Assembly (NCBI GenBank): GCA_963924565.1
Contig: OZ004607.1
Span: forward strand, 29,946,001-30,010,000
Source: Ascidiella aspersa
Taxonomy: Eukaryota
Length of the DNA stretch: 64,000 bases
Direction: 5' to 3'
Below the pieces are notes generated by a model. It was not told the DNA's origin and did not search any database. It worked only from the letters and a program-made list of their open reading frames with translations. The translations under genes and the position numbers were made by a program. Of this stretch, positions 1 to 12,050 are shown piece by piece (position 1 is the first letter of the stretch; every line of letters begins with the position of its first letter).

Positions 1-353
1 GAAACCTCAACTCCTTCAAAATACATTGATTCACAAGGGATCAGTGTTTTGGTGTCGTGAGAAATGTTAAGGTAGTCAAACTTAAAACACTTGCTTTGTA
101 TCATTTTGCCACCCGTCGTTTCCCAAGGTATTGTTAAATTGAGCATTTCCTCCTTTGTAACAACTCTCTCTTGATAGGTGTAGTTAAGTGATTTCGATTC
201 AATATTTGTTCCTTGTAATACGTCGCATCTGTGGGGTGGTGTAAACTGTAAAATTAGAACTTGAAAGTTTGACAATCCATTTGGAATGGCCGACAAAAAC
301 AGAATTAGGCTTAAACGCCTTTCATAGTAACCCAAGTCTTTCAGTTTCATCAT
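1..353 (-). CDS. SLC22-family organic ion transporter, 5' part (runs off the left edge)
   Basis: Not in the ORF track. Reverse strand from ATG at 353 reads MMKLKDLGYYERRLSLILFLSAIPNGLSNFQVLILQFTPPHRC...LNLTIPWE...SKCF...IPCESMYFEGVEV with no stop, colinear with the N-termini of the 14903 and 22394 ORFs. Intactness beyond the window is unknown. Confidence 0.9.
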   Translation of the reverse strand, partial: MMKLKDLGYYERRLSLILFLSAIPNGLSNFQVLILQFTPPHRCDVLQGTNIESKSLNYTYQERVVTKEEMLNLTIPWETTGGKMIQSKCFKFDYLNISHDTKTLIPCESMYFEGVEV

Positions 354-1254
354 TTTCTAGATTCTATTGCCTAAATTGAATAAGTCATATGTTGAATTGT
401 AAAGAAACATCGTTCATATTTTTATATAGAACCAAACTCTAATGATCAAGCATTTAACCTATTAGTCTTGGATAAATTGCTGTTTAGATAGCATACACCA
501 TAGCATACATGTTTAGATAGCATACACCATAGCATACACCACGTCAAGTATTCTTATCTGCTACAGTAAAGTCTACGTTGTTAAAGTATTTTTCAAACGT
601 CAGTGTGTTACTTCGATAACCTAGTTTCTAAACTTGGTGCTGTACCAGACTGGCCAAAGCCCTAAAATCTGAAGAAATGTAATTTTCCTTCAGACATATA
701 TTTTAACAGAAAACAAAGCTTCTAAAACGGTTCGTAGCTTTCAATTTATGTTTCAAGGGACTGGTTCAGTACACTTTAAGGGTCATACAGTTGTTGTTTT
801 TTCTCGGATCCCTAAGGGTCTCACGTTTCAATAGTTCCGCGCAATACCATTTTTACAGAGAAATGATATTTTTCGGAAATAATTATTGTTATAAAATTTT
901 AATATTAATGAAAATAAAGTACACGCTAACAGTATTAGTTTGTCTGGTTCAAATATTAGTACGTTTATAAACTGTGATCAGTTTTTCTTGCATAAATATT
1001 ACGCTGGTTTCGCTATTATAGGTGCCTTTTAAATAAATGAACCATTATTCTAAATGTTAGGCGTATTTTAGAGTAAAACAAAAACCATAGTAAATAAAAA
1101 TTGCAGATTTGTTTATTTCGATTACTTTTGGAATTGGAATGAACATAGGCATACCGTAAACTTTTCGACTGCATATTTTTTGATAAAATAGGCCTATGTT
1201 ACTACATAGCACAGCCATATATGTCTTTATAAAGACTTGAAATTTTAAACACCA

Positions 1255-1790
1255 CTGCAAAAATTGTAACTGTTAGGATTTACTATTGCGGTCCAGATTT
1301 AACATTTTTGTCGAACTTTATTAAATTGATTATCATTGAACGAAGAAAATATAAGAAACTGTGCATTAAACACTGTATAGTGAGGCCTAATAAAAATCGT
1401 AACCATGGTTATATGATACTTTAGAAAAAATTACAATAAGCGATTGCAATAATGGCGGTTGATATCTTGCATACAGCTGGGTAAATGGTAACTCTACTAA
1501 AATCAAATTTATCTAAGAACTGTTTGGTTGGAATATATTTAGAGGAAAATAAAACTATAGAACAACACAGAATTTGTGATCACTCGGTTGCAGTGCAGAC
1601 TAAATAATTCATGGTGCACCTATACAACTATATTTTAGGCGAAAAACAAATATATTAGTGTGTTCCTTCGCCAAGACGCGAAGCTGTAAGTGTAGATAAC
1701 TAAAAGCTGCTTCTCTCAGCACTTTGCACATTTTAATTCGACGTGCTTACGCATGTAACCCAATCCACCAGCACAGACCGTTTCAAACTG
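1255..1790. repeat. Left arm of an inverted segmental duplication (upstream region of the minus-strand SLC22 gene)
   Basis: TATACAACTATATTTTAGGCGAAAAACAAATATATTAGTGTG (from 1621) is the reverse complement of sequence at about 6376-6417; similarity continues across about 6255-6815. Boundaries approximate. Confidence 0.9.
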
Positions 1791-4700
1791 GCTAAGTACC
1801 CAGTTAACCGCAAAACTAAATTAATGCTAGAGCTAAACGCCACAATCTTATAGTTCAAACCAAGGTAGATGATGCATTATAAACACAACAAAAGCTTTAC
1901 TCCGTTATTGTTCCACCAGCAAAACATCGTAGAACAGTAGTTCTCAACCGTTTATGCTTCATGGCCCCTTCAATAGGCTCTTAACCGTCGTGGCCCCCCT
2001 GCTTATAAAAAAAACTAGCATTGTATTTATTGTGTTTTTACTTGTTTTGCTACTCCACGTTAATAACAAATACAGTCATTAAACGAAGTCCAGCGAGTAA
2101 ATGCACTTACTTTCTTATAATTTTACAATGGAATGTTAGTTTTGCAACTGAACGCCGTTGTAAAACAATTCAAAATCTCTGCACCTGGCATTACACGTTA
2201 GTTGCTCGTCCAACAGCATTTGATGGATCCTTAGTAATTAAGCGAAGGTTATCGACAACTAATTGGTCGCCCGAAGAAACACTAACGCAGCATATTGAGC
2301 TACACGAAGCGGCACAGTAATTGTTTCGATACAGCGACAGGCGGCGTTAAACTTCCCACTCGCATATGTGCGACTATTCATAACTTTCCGCGATAAAACG
2401 AAAAAAAGGCGCACGATTGAGAAACCCTGTTTTAGAACGAAAAAGGTTTGATTGTGCAATATTGTTGCCAATGTGGTGTAATACTAAGTTTTATCCGTTT
2501 TAGGAAAATCTATTCATTTCAAAAGGGAAAATCAATTTACGAAGCGCATTTGTATTACATTAGACGTTAAATCCCAGTCAGAAATTTTAATGCGGGCCTT
2601 ACTCGAACTATCATCGGTGTTAGTATGGCCCATTACCAGATTACCACAGAAACCCCATAGATATATCCCAGCTGGGAGACCGGAAAGGTAACATCGGCCC
2701 ATGTTAGATTTTCTTTGATTTCCCATACATGGCATCCCACATATGGTTCAAGCGTGAAACTAGCCTGGCCAAATATATTCCTGCTTTACACCAATTTTAA
2801 AATAGCAAGCAATCAATATTTATTGTCATTAAATTTCCGCGCACAGAAGCACAATAACAGCACGTACAAAAATATCAAACGGTTATTCAAAAAAAAAAGT
2901 TAAAAACAATTGAAGAAAACGGCTTTAAAGAATAACTTAGGAATGATTAAATATAAACACAAATAGAAAAAAAGAATTATAAACATTGCTGTAATAAAAA
3001 ATGGATAGAACTTTTGACATCACACGAGTTACAAACCGCAAAATACTAAAAAATTAAATCATAAGTTATGGCCAATTCTTTCAGAGGTTTGACAGTTGAT
3101 GGAATGCTTAACCAAGAGGTTCGTAAACAATAAATGGCTAAATGTAACTGTTGACAGTATACTCATAAGTAAACACATATTAATGCAATTTATGCCTGAG
3201 TTTTGGTTTTCATATCCACTTGTAATTGTTTCTTGGTGGTTACAAACACAATATTGAGTGTTGAGTGAGGATATGGAACATCTGTAATAACATAATTAGT
3301 GTTAAAGTATGTGTATACATGTATATATACATATATATATTAAAATTATGTGCTAGTAAAACGTTTGAACTAACTATGTTTACAAAAGCAACAAACCAAA
3401 TAAAGCCTTTTTCTTAATAAAAATAATTCATAAAACATGTAATTATATTTAAAATTTATGTTAGTCACTTTATTTTAGAAAAAATCCTTAACTTGGCAGT
3501 TTATTTTTGTTCTTTGATAGCATTCGTGTAATCTCTGCATCCCTGTGTGGATGTAGCCTGTTTAACAAAATAGTGCTTGCAGGAATGCTTGTCTGTAGAT
3601 GACTTTTTGAAGCGGTGCCATTCAAATTCTAAACAAAAACAGTTAAATGGCCACAATTTATATAAAAATGATGTGCTTGTAGTTGTACCCTCCAAATAAT
3701 CACACAAAACACATATTTAACAATATAGCACTCGAGAAAGTATGGCAAGTGTACACACAATTTTTTTAGTAGACCCAACCTGCACCCCAATTTGCCTATG
3801 ATTCATAAGTGGGGTGAATTTTAATATTTTGTGCACTTGTGAGAACTCATCAAAACATGCCATACTTTCCAGACTAGGTTATATTGAACCCAAAAATTCA
3901 ATAAACACATTTAACACAATATATTATGTATGTAGAGACAATCATTTAAATAAAAATATTTATATAATGATATAAAACAACAAAACTTGGAATAATTCTC
4001 ACAGTAACAAAAAAATAAACCATACCTTTTTGTACCTTTCATACTTTTTTCTGGCTTTCAATTATAAAGAGTATTCCACTTTCTGAAAATAAATACATGA
4101 ATACATGAAATATCTTAAGGAATGTATATTTTTATACAGAAGTAAAATAATTGTCCTTGTGTAAACTGCTTCAATTATAACTTAAAACGAGGTCCTTGTA
4201 AGAATTATTTCTTCATTTTATAGGCATAGTAATAGTTTTTATGAACTTTCATTATGGATACTTAGTATTTTTCTGTTAAAAAATCTTTAAAATCAAGTGG
4301 ATTAACTCATAATTTAGCTAAAACTCATAAGATGAAACAATATAGTTTTAAGTGGTATTGGGATATTTTCAAGTTAAACATTTTAACAGACAAATTTAAC
4401 ATTAAAAAAAAAGAAAAACAACAGACATTTTGACTTACCATATGGGGATTTGGTTTGAGATGGACTTTACATTTCTTCATCATTTTTTCTGTTCAAAGAC
4501 AATGTAGCATCGAGCCTACAACCTTCCTTAGCTGCATAGCAAATTTCGTTGTCACCAAGCTACAACTGCACTTAGTTTCATAACATTTTCACGATACGCA
4601 AAAACTTAAAAACTTGCGCTGCTTCTTCAATGCATCCGTTTGGTAAAAGAAAACAGTTCACTTTTTAAAAAAAGTCGAATAACCCGCAACAATGGTTGTC

Positions 4701-5146
4701 ATTGTGACGTAACGTTTCCCGCCAACAATTTTAAATTTGTTAACGGTGATTTTAAAAAGTGTTGCTGGTAATTTTAAATTTTATAACGACGAATTTTTTT
4801 TTTAAGATTATAAAACATTTAAACAAATAAAAATGTTACACCTGGTAGTGGCCAAGAGCTTACACATAAATGTTACGTTACGCTCGGTCGATTTTTATTT
4901 AAAAATCGATTTCCTGCCGGAGTCTCATTAAGAACAGTTTAGGTATCCAATATGTTTGGTATTATTAGTACAATGACATTTTCACGCTTGATCCATAAAA
5001 CACACATTGGTTATATGTCATGTTTTCCAAAAAATCTAGTTTATCCTCACCCTTTTGAGCTCATCGTAATTTGGTAAAACTCAGGAAGCTCAAAAAATGG
5101 AACCCGTGATGAACAAGTAATATTAGATATTCAATTTGTTTAAAGT

Positions 5147-5470
5147 CATTGATTTGGGCTTAAAAAACATGCAGGAAATACCATTGACCTAACTTCGATT
5201 TTTCCGCGGGTTATCATAGAATATCATAGAAACAGTTTACAAAAACCTCAGCAATTTTTCCACTTACAATAAAAAACAACTTTTTTGTCGCTAAAAATCT
5301 TTCTACTTTGTTTAAAGTGAATTATTTGAGCTTAAAAACCATGCTAGAAATATCATGGGCTAATCTTCGATTTACCCGTGGGCTATCATAGAATATCATA
5401 GAAACAGCTCATAAAATCTTAGCAATTTTTGAATTTACAACAAAAAACCAACGTTTTTGTATCAAAACAT
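5147..5470. repeat. Diverged tandem duplication, unit about 180 bp
   Basis: TATCATAGAATATCATAGAAACAG and flanking similarity occur twice (about 5212 and 5384). Boundaries approximate. Confidence 0.75.
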
Positions 5471-6254
5471 GTACTACACAACATCTTACACTAAATTTCG
5501 TTAAGATAAGTTATCTTAATTTATCTAAGATAGACCACTGCTAATTCGAACATGCCTAGTAAGGCCCAGGGATAACTCCAAGATAATTTCTGACTGGGAT
5601 GCTTTATTTCTAACTTTATGCAAATTTCGTTTATGTTCCTAAAGCGTACTGTGCCTTTCAAATTTCCCTATGTTACGCTATGTTACACACATTGGGTAAC
5701 CGGGTTAATACAAGGCTATAAAGAAACATACTGGATTTCTAAAACCTACCATAATGACAATTTTTGTAACTTAGCACTATCGTCTTTCTAACAAATTAAC
5801 CGAAAGTGTTTTTGATTACTCCGTTTTATATAAAAATTAGGGCTAATTTGTACAGTTCATATATTGGAAATACTTCTAAATTAAGGAAAAAACACATTTA
5901 CCTAAAATATATAGCACAACCAAACGTTTAATGTTCTAAGATGCTGTTCTAAGATGCTGTATTGGTGGATCAATGACAGAGTAAAGCTTTATTGTGTTTA
6001 TCATGCATCATATATCTTGGTTTGAAATAGATTGTGCAATAGGGGACGTGGCGTTGTTTTGCACAATGAGCGCACATTGTAAAATGCGTTTCGAAATGTG
6101 AGCACATTTTTAAGTTTAAGTTGCCTTTGAAAAATGCCTTTAAAAATGCGCGCACTTTATTGCATACTGTCCAAAAAATGTTCGCATCCCCGTCTTAGAT
6201 TGTAGCGTTCAAGCTCTCGCACTAATTTAGTTTTGCGGTCGACTGTTGACTGAC

Positions 6255-7260
6255 GCAGTTTGAAATGTTATTTGTGGATTGGGTTCTATGCGTGTTGCGT
6301 AAGCACATACAATTGATTTTTCAATTGCTGAGAGAAGCAGCATTTAGTTATCTACAGCTTCGCTTGATGAAGGAGCACACTAATATATTTGTTTTTCGCC
6401 TAAAATATAGTTGTATAGGTGTACCATGGATTGTTTAGTCTGTACTGCTACCGAGTGATCACAAATTCTGTGTTGTTCTAAAGTTTTAAATTTTTCATTT
6501 CAAATTTCATTTTATTATAGAGTTAGAATTTCCCCAACTGTATGCAACATATTTACAGCCATTATTTTAATCGCTCATTGTAAAATAGCATATACCCAGG
6601 GTTACGATACCATGTTTATTTTATAAGATTTGTGCTTATTTTTGTTTTTAGTGTCTTGGAAAATACCAATGTGCTTCGTTTTTTTATTAGGCCCTTTATT
6701 AAGTCATTTTTTATTGCATGTTTTTTTATATTTCATTCGTTTACCGATATACAAGTTAATAAAGTTCGACAAAAAACATTAAACCTGAACCGCAATAGTA
6801 AATCCTAACAGTTATCGCTTTACCATACGAGTTTGGTACTAGATAAAAAGATGAAAGATGTTTTCTGCAATATAATATATAACTGTTCAATTTAGGCAAA
6901 ATTGTAGAATAGATTCTAGAAAATGGTGGACCTGAAAGACTTGGGATACTACGACAAACATCTAAGTCTACTTTGGTTTCTGTCGGCCATCCCAAATGGA
7001 TTTTCAAGTTCTAATTTTTCAGTTTACACCACCTCACAGATGTGACGTATTTAAAGGAACAAATGTTGAATCGAAATAACTTAACTACACCTATCCAGAG
7101 AGAGTTGTTACAAAGGAGGAAATGCTCAATTTAACAATACCTTGGAAACTACGGGTGGTAAAATGATACAAAGCAAGTGTTGTAAGTTCGTCTACCTTGA
7201 CATTTCTCACGACACCAAAACACTAATCCCTTGTAAATCAATGCACTGTGAAGGAGGTTA
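6255..7260. repeat. Right arm of the inverted segmental duplication
   Basis: Reverse complement of about 1255-1790 followed by reverse complement of about 1-385. Confidence 0.9.
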
Positions 7261-8591
7261 CTGAATTCAACCTCGTGTGTGATAAAGCGTGGCTTAACAT
7301 CACTTAAGTTTGTCGGCATGTTATTCGGATCTCTTATTAGTGGATACATTGCTGACCGATTTGGAAGACGTCCGACATTTCTCATATTTACTGCTTGGCA
7401 GTTTATTGCCGCTTCTATTTTGAGTTTTTCAACCGGAGTTGTTTCATATGCATTCCTTTTTCTGTAAGGCGGTTAAGGAAACTTAGTAAACTATAACATT
7501 GCCTCTGTAATAGGATCCGAAATGATGTTAAAATTCCGCCTATGGATCTATTTTGTTGCTCTCATGGGTTGTTCAGTAGGATACATGACACTAGCTCCAT
7601 TAGCTTACTGGTTACGCAATTGGCGTTGGTATCTAAGATTCTGTGGATTAACTGGCATTTTCTATATTTCTTACTACTGGCTAATCGACGAAACTCCGCG
7701 CTGGTTGCTTGCATCTGGTAGGGCGGGCGATGCAAAACTTATTTTTTAAAAGATTGCCAGACTTAACAAACGCAACTGCAGAATGAGGAATGACTCATCG
7801 AAAGTAATACGCCCATTTCATTTACTGTCTTCCAAACAATTATTAATATTGGAAAGGAACCCATTTTGCTCTTTAGATTCTCTATTACGACCTTTATCTG
7901 GTTTAATATAAGCTTCATGTATATTGCTCTTGGCCTAAACACCAATAATTCAAGTGGAAGCCGTTTTTTAAATCTGTTTCTTTCCATTCTAACAGACCTT
8001 GCAGGATGCTTTCTCTTCTTGTTGTGCGAACGCAAGCTTGGAAGAGTTAACTCGTACATTTTTCCGACAGCCCTCTTTGGACTTTCCATGATTATAACTT
8101 GCTTCGTGCCAGAGAGTCAAGTGGTCATTCTCATATCGCTGAACATGTTTGGCAAGGCTATGGTGTCGTCTGCCTTCGCTATTATTTACGTTCATGTTTT
8201 GGAGGTGTTCCCAACCAAAGCAAGACAAACCGTGTTGTTTGTTGTCGTGGCAGCTGGGAAAGTTGGTGCAATTCTGGCACCGTTTCTCATTTATGTCGGT
8301 GAAGAAGGCGACATTCTAATCCCCTCTTTAATTGTTGCAATCCTGGTCTTGCTGAGCGCTTTTAGTTGCTCGTTTTTACCCGAAACCAAGGGAATCCCGC
8401 TGCCTCAAACAGTAGAAGAAGCAAAAGCAATGCCTCGAAAGCAATGGTGTGCTTCGGGACAGTCCGCTAGATCTCCGAATTTACAAGTGTCACCAGAAAT
8501 CAATCTTCTGAAAAACTTAAGGGCAAGAAATATAATGGATTTATTGTTTTTATCCCTAAAAAGCTTTTTATCAAAGTCCAATAAGCCTTGA
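6923..8591 (+). pseudogene. SLC22-family transporter pseudogene, intronless
   Basis: Starts MVDLKDLGYYDKHLSLLWFLSAIPNG then frameshifts; in-frame TAA stops; ORF fragments 7279-7467 (ADRFGRRP), 7522-7749 (IDETPRWL) and 7866-8591 (EVFPTKAR, LPETKG) tile the full transporter. Confidence 0.92.
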
Positions 8592-10537
8592 ATATAAACA
8601 AATCGAACGGCGCTGATTCGTTTTTTTCATCTCGAAAATTATGTCAAACGATAAATCACATTTAATGTCAACTGCGGACTTCTTACTGAAACACTTTTTT
8701 GAATACGCTAAGCATGTATTTTTCTATATTGCTTAACTCGCATTGTTTATCCTTTGTGTGCTTATATACCGCAAATATAATGATTTGCAGCAAATCGAAC
8801 ATTTTGTCGTCATCGATTTTAACGTTGAGCTTTTATTTATGAACAACTTACGTTAGCTTAGCTCTGGACTCTACATGAATATATATATTTCAAACAAACC
8901 CAGCTAAAGTGATACTGGCCAACGATTACGGTATATATGCGCACAAAATAACATACCGAGTGAAAGAAATTAAAATGATTTAAGTTGTATAACTGGACTG
9001 TAGGGAAATATTTGTTTGGCAAAAAATTCTGTCATGCCCGATTAGGCATCCGTATTTATAATCTTTTAGGTTAAGTGGTGAGTCATCTGTTATATAGATT
9101 GCTAACGATATGTCCACCCAAATTTAAATAACCATAAAGCATGTGTAATGTGCATTCCTTTAGTTCACGGGCCTGACCCAAATTTAGGAAGGTGGGCAGT
9201 AAAAAATAAACTGACAATTTAGTTTTAAGCATTTCATTAAAACAAGTGCTATTTAGGAAAGGACCTAGGAAAACTACTAATGAAATTTGTCAACAGAATA
9301 TCGAAAATGTTTGTTCACATTGTGATTGAGATAATATTAGGACCGACTTATAAAGATAATAGGCTACACCCTACCTAATTTAAAAAAGTTGGTGGGTTCC
9401 AGATTCAGTAAAGCTTCTTATCAGCCGGTTTTCGTTTCTTGATGTTGTGTTCACTATGCACTATTCACCTTGGTTTGCGGCATTTTTGTTCAGTTTCTTC
9501 CTTTGCACTAACGTTTCGCGGTCGACTGGTTGAGTCAGCGGTTCTCAACCAGGGTGCCGTGGCACTCTAGTGTGCCATTTTCCACGCTCAAGGCTGTCGG
9601 GACATATTTCAAATTATTTAAGATTGTAATTTTGCTCTATTAGTAAGCTTTTGAATACATTTTTTGTGTAACATTAAAGTGCCTATAAATTAAAAGAAAA
9701 AATATATATTTGGTAATGTCCAATAAACGCGATTAATGGTTTTGCTTTCGTTAGATTCAGCGAAGAAAACATTAAGAATTTCTTATAAGGTAGCAACTAC
9801 CATTATTTAAACCATGTATTGTCAATTTAGCTAAATAAACATTTGCAGATATTCTGCTTTTATGTGCAGCATACGTAAGATAGGGTGTTCTGGATAGTCG
9901 GAGTTTCAAAATACCGTAAACCAACAACTTTGCTGCTGAAAGGAGCAAATTATGCAATAATAGATAATACATGAATTCGTTGAGCTAGGTTTAGTTTTGC
10001 TTAAGCAAGCTATATGACAAACAAGTAACAGAAAACACAAACACGTAAAACAGGGAAGAAATGTATAAAGCCGTTTGATATTTAGGTATTTCTACTTCCA
10101 TCCATCCTAATTTTAATACGATTCTTAGTAAAAAAAAAATTTTCCTAAACTTTAAAAAGAACAGTTTACCAATTGTGACCTGGATTAAATTAACGACTAA
10201 CGTTATTAACCGTGGTGTAAAATAAGCTTTTTTAGACTATTTTGTATGCGTTGTATTTGGTATAAAATTAAAATTAGGCATCATAGCTCAGAAAAACACT
10301 GTTGGCGGTTTTTATTTATTTATCAAGCAAAAGTAGTTTCATGTTGTTTGAAGTAACTCACCCGTCAGCAAAAATGATATTCAAATTGGTCGGTCATTTA
10401 TTGGGGTAGATTTAAGTACAACGCATTAGTGCTTACTTAGCATATAGCATATGGCATAAAAAGAATAAGTAAGTATAGCTTTGAATTGTTTTTTCAACTC
10501 TTATTTTTATCTAAGGCTATGTAATAGTGCCCAGAAA

Positions 10538-12050
10538 ATGTTTGGCATGGAAAATCATTACTATGAAAGGGCAAACCGTAGGCCACTCAACAAATCACAG
10601 CGCAAGTGAGCAAATTTTAAATTTGACAAGACCGTGGAAAAATGTGGGTAGTAAAGTATCCAGAAGCAAGTGTTTTCAATTTAAATGTTTAAACATTTCC
10701 CAGAAAAATCAATCCAAGCTTCCCTGCAAGTCGATGTCCTACGAAGGAATCGAGGTTTCAGCAGTAACTAAATTTAACCTCGTATGTGACAGAGCATGGA
10801 TGAGGCCTGTATTTACATCGGTTCAGTTTGCTGGAATGACAATCGGATCTTTAATTAGTGGATATCTCGGCGACAGATTTGGAAGACGCCCGGTATTTCT
10901 TATTTCGACCGCTTGGCAGTTTATTGCCGTTTTTCTGCTAAGCTTTGCGCCCGAAGTTTGGTCATACGCATTTTTGTTTCTATTATGCTAGTGGATATCT
11001 TGGCGACGAGGTGTTTCCGACCAAAGCGAGACAATTTGTACTGTTCTTTGTAATTTTAGTTGAAAAACTTGGTGCCATTCTCGCACCATTTCTGAATTAT
11101 ATTACCGAAGAAGGCGACATTCTAATACAGGGGTCGGCAACCTTTTTCTAGTCGCGGGCCAAAACCAAACTCGGAAAGGTCTCTGCGGGCCGCACAAAAT
11201 GTTAACTAATAATTGTGTTATTAAATGTTAGAAATGTGAATCAGGCGGGCCTCGGATCGTTTTTGCACTTAAAACGTGTTTAATTAAATTTAAGGGAGCA
11301 GTAAAGTGTTGACGCAAAGCGAAAAAAAGAGTTTGTTTGGTTTAAAATTAGAGTTCATTCGTCGTCATCCGTGCAACGAATGAACAGTGTAATAAAACTA
11401 CTTTGATGGAACGCGATAACATTTAAAGGTAATCTATAGCTCAGTGTTTGTTAACCTTTTTAAGTCAAGGTACACCTGGCGAGCGAAGCGAGCACGATTT
11501 TTTTGTTGTATATGGGCATTTCTTTTAAATTTTTAGCAAGTTTTTATTACATTGCCGAAAATGAAAAATAAATAAAATGTTAAAAAATATATGTCCAATA
11601 TTTTAGAATAAGTACGTTTTCCGTTTTTCCGCGACGCACTTGGCAACCTTCCACGGCGCAACGGTAATAAAGAGCTAATCTAGTTCAAATAACAGCATCA
11701 AAACGTAAACAAACCGGACGCAGAATAGTCATTCCCGCGAAGCGCAAACATTTTTCGCACTTACGTAGTTTAAATAGTAAAAAAGTGTGTGAAATGGACT
11801 CGTTTCTAATTTATCAAAGAGGCGGCGGGCCGGATGAATTACATCGGCGGGTCGTAGGTTGCCGACCCCTGTTCTAATACCTTATATAATTGCTGCAATT
11901 CTGGTCTTGCTAAGCGCATTTGGCTGTGCGTTTTTGCCCGAAACCAAACGAATCCCGCTGCCGCAGACCGTCGAAGAAGCAAAAGCGCAATGTCAAGAAA
12001 GCAATGGTTTACTTCGGAGCAGACTATCAAACACACATCTGTTGAAATAA
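10538..12050 (+). pseudogene. SLC22-family transporter pseudogene with two internal deletions and a transposon insertion
   Basis: Fragments FNLVCDRAWMRP...GDRFGRRP (to 10991), EVFPTKAR...EEGDILI (11008-11127) and PYIIAAILV...LPETKRIPLPQTVEEA (after 11872); central TM region missing; split by the element at 11128-11871. Confidence 0.9.
11128..11871. mobile_element. Non-autonomous hAT-type DNA transposon (MITE-like)
   Basis: TIRs CAGGGGTCGGCAACCT / AGGTTGCCGACCCCTG; perfect 8-bp target duplication TTCTAATA (11120-11127, 11872-11879); related copy at 57218-57777. Confidence 0.9.
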
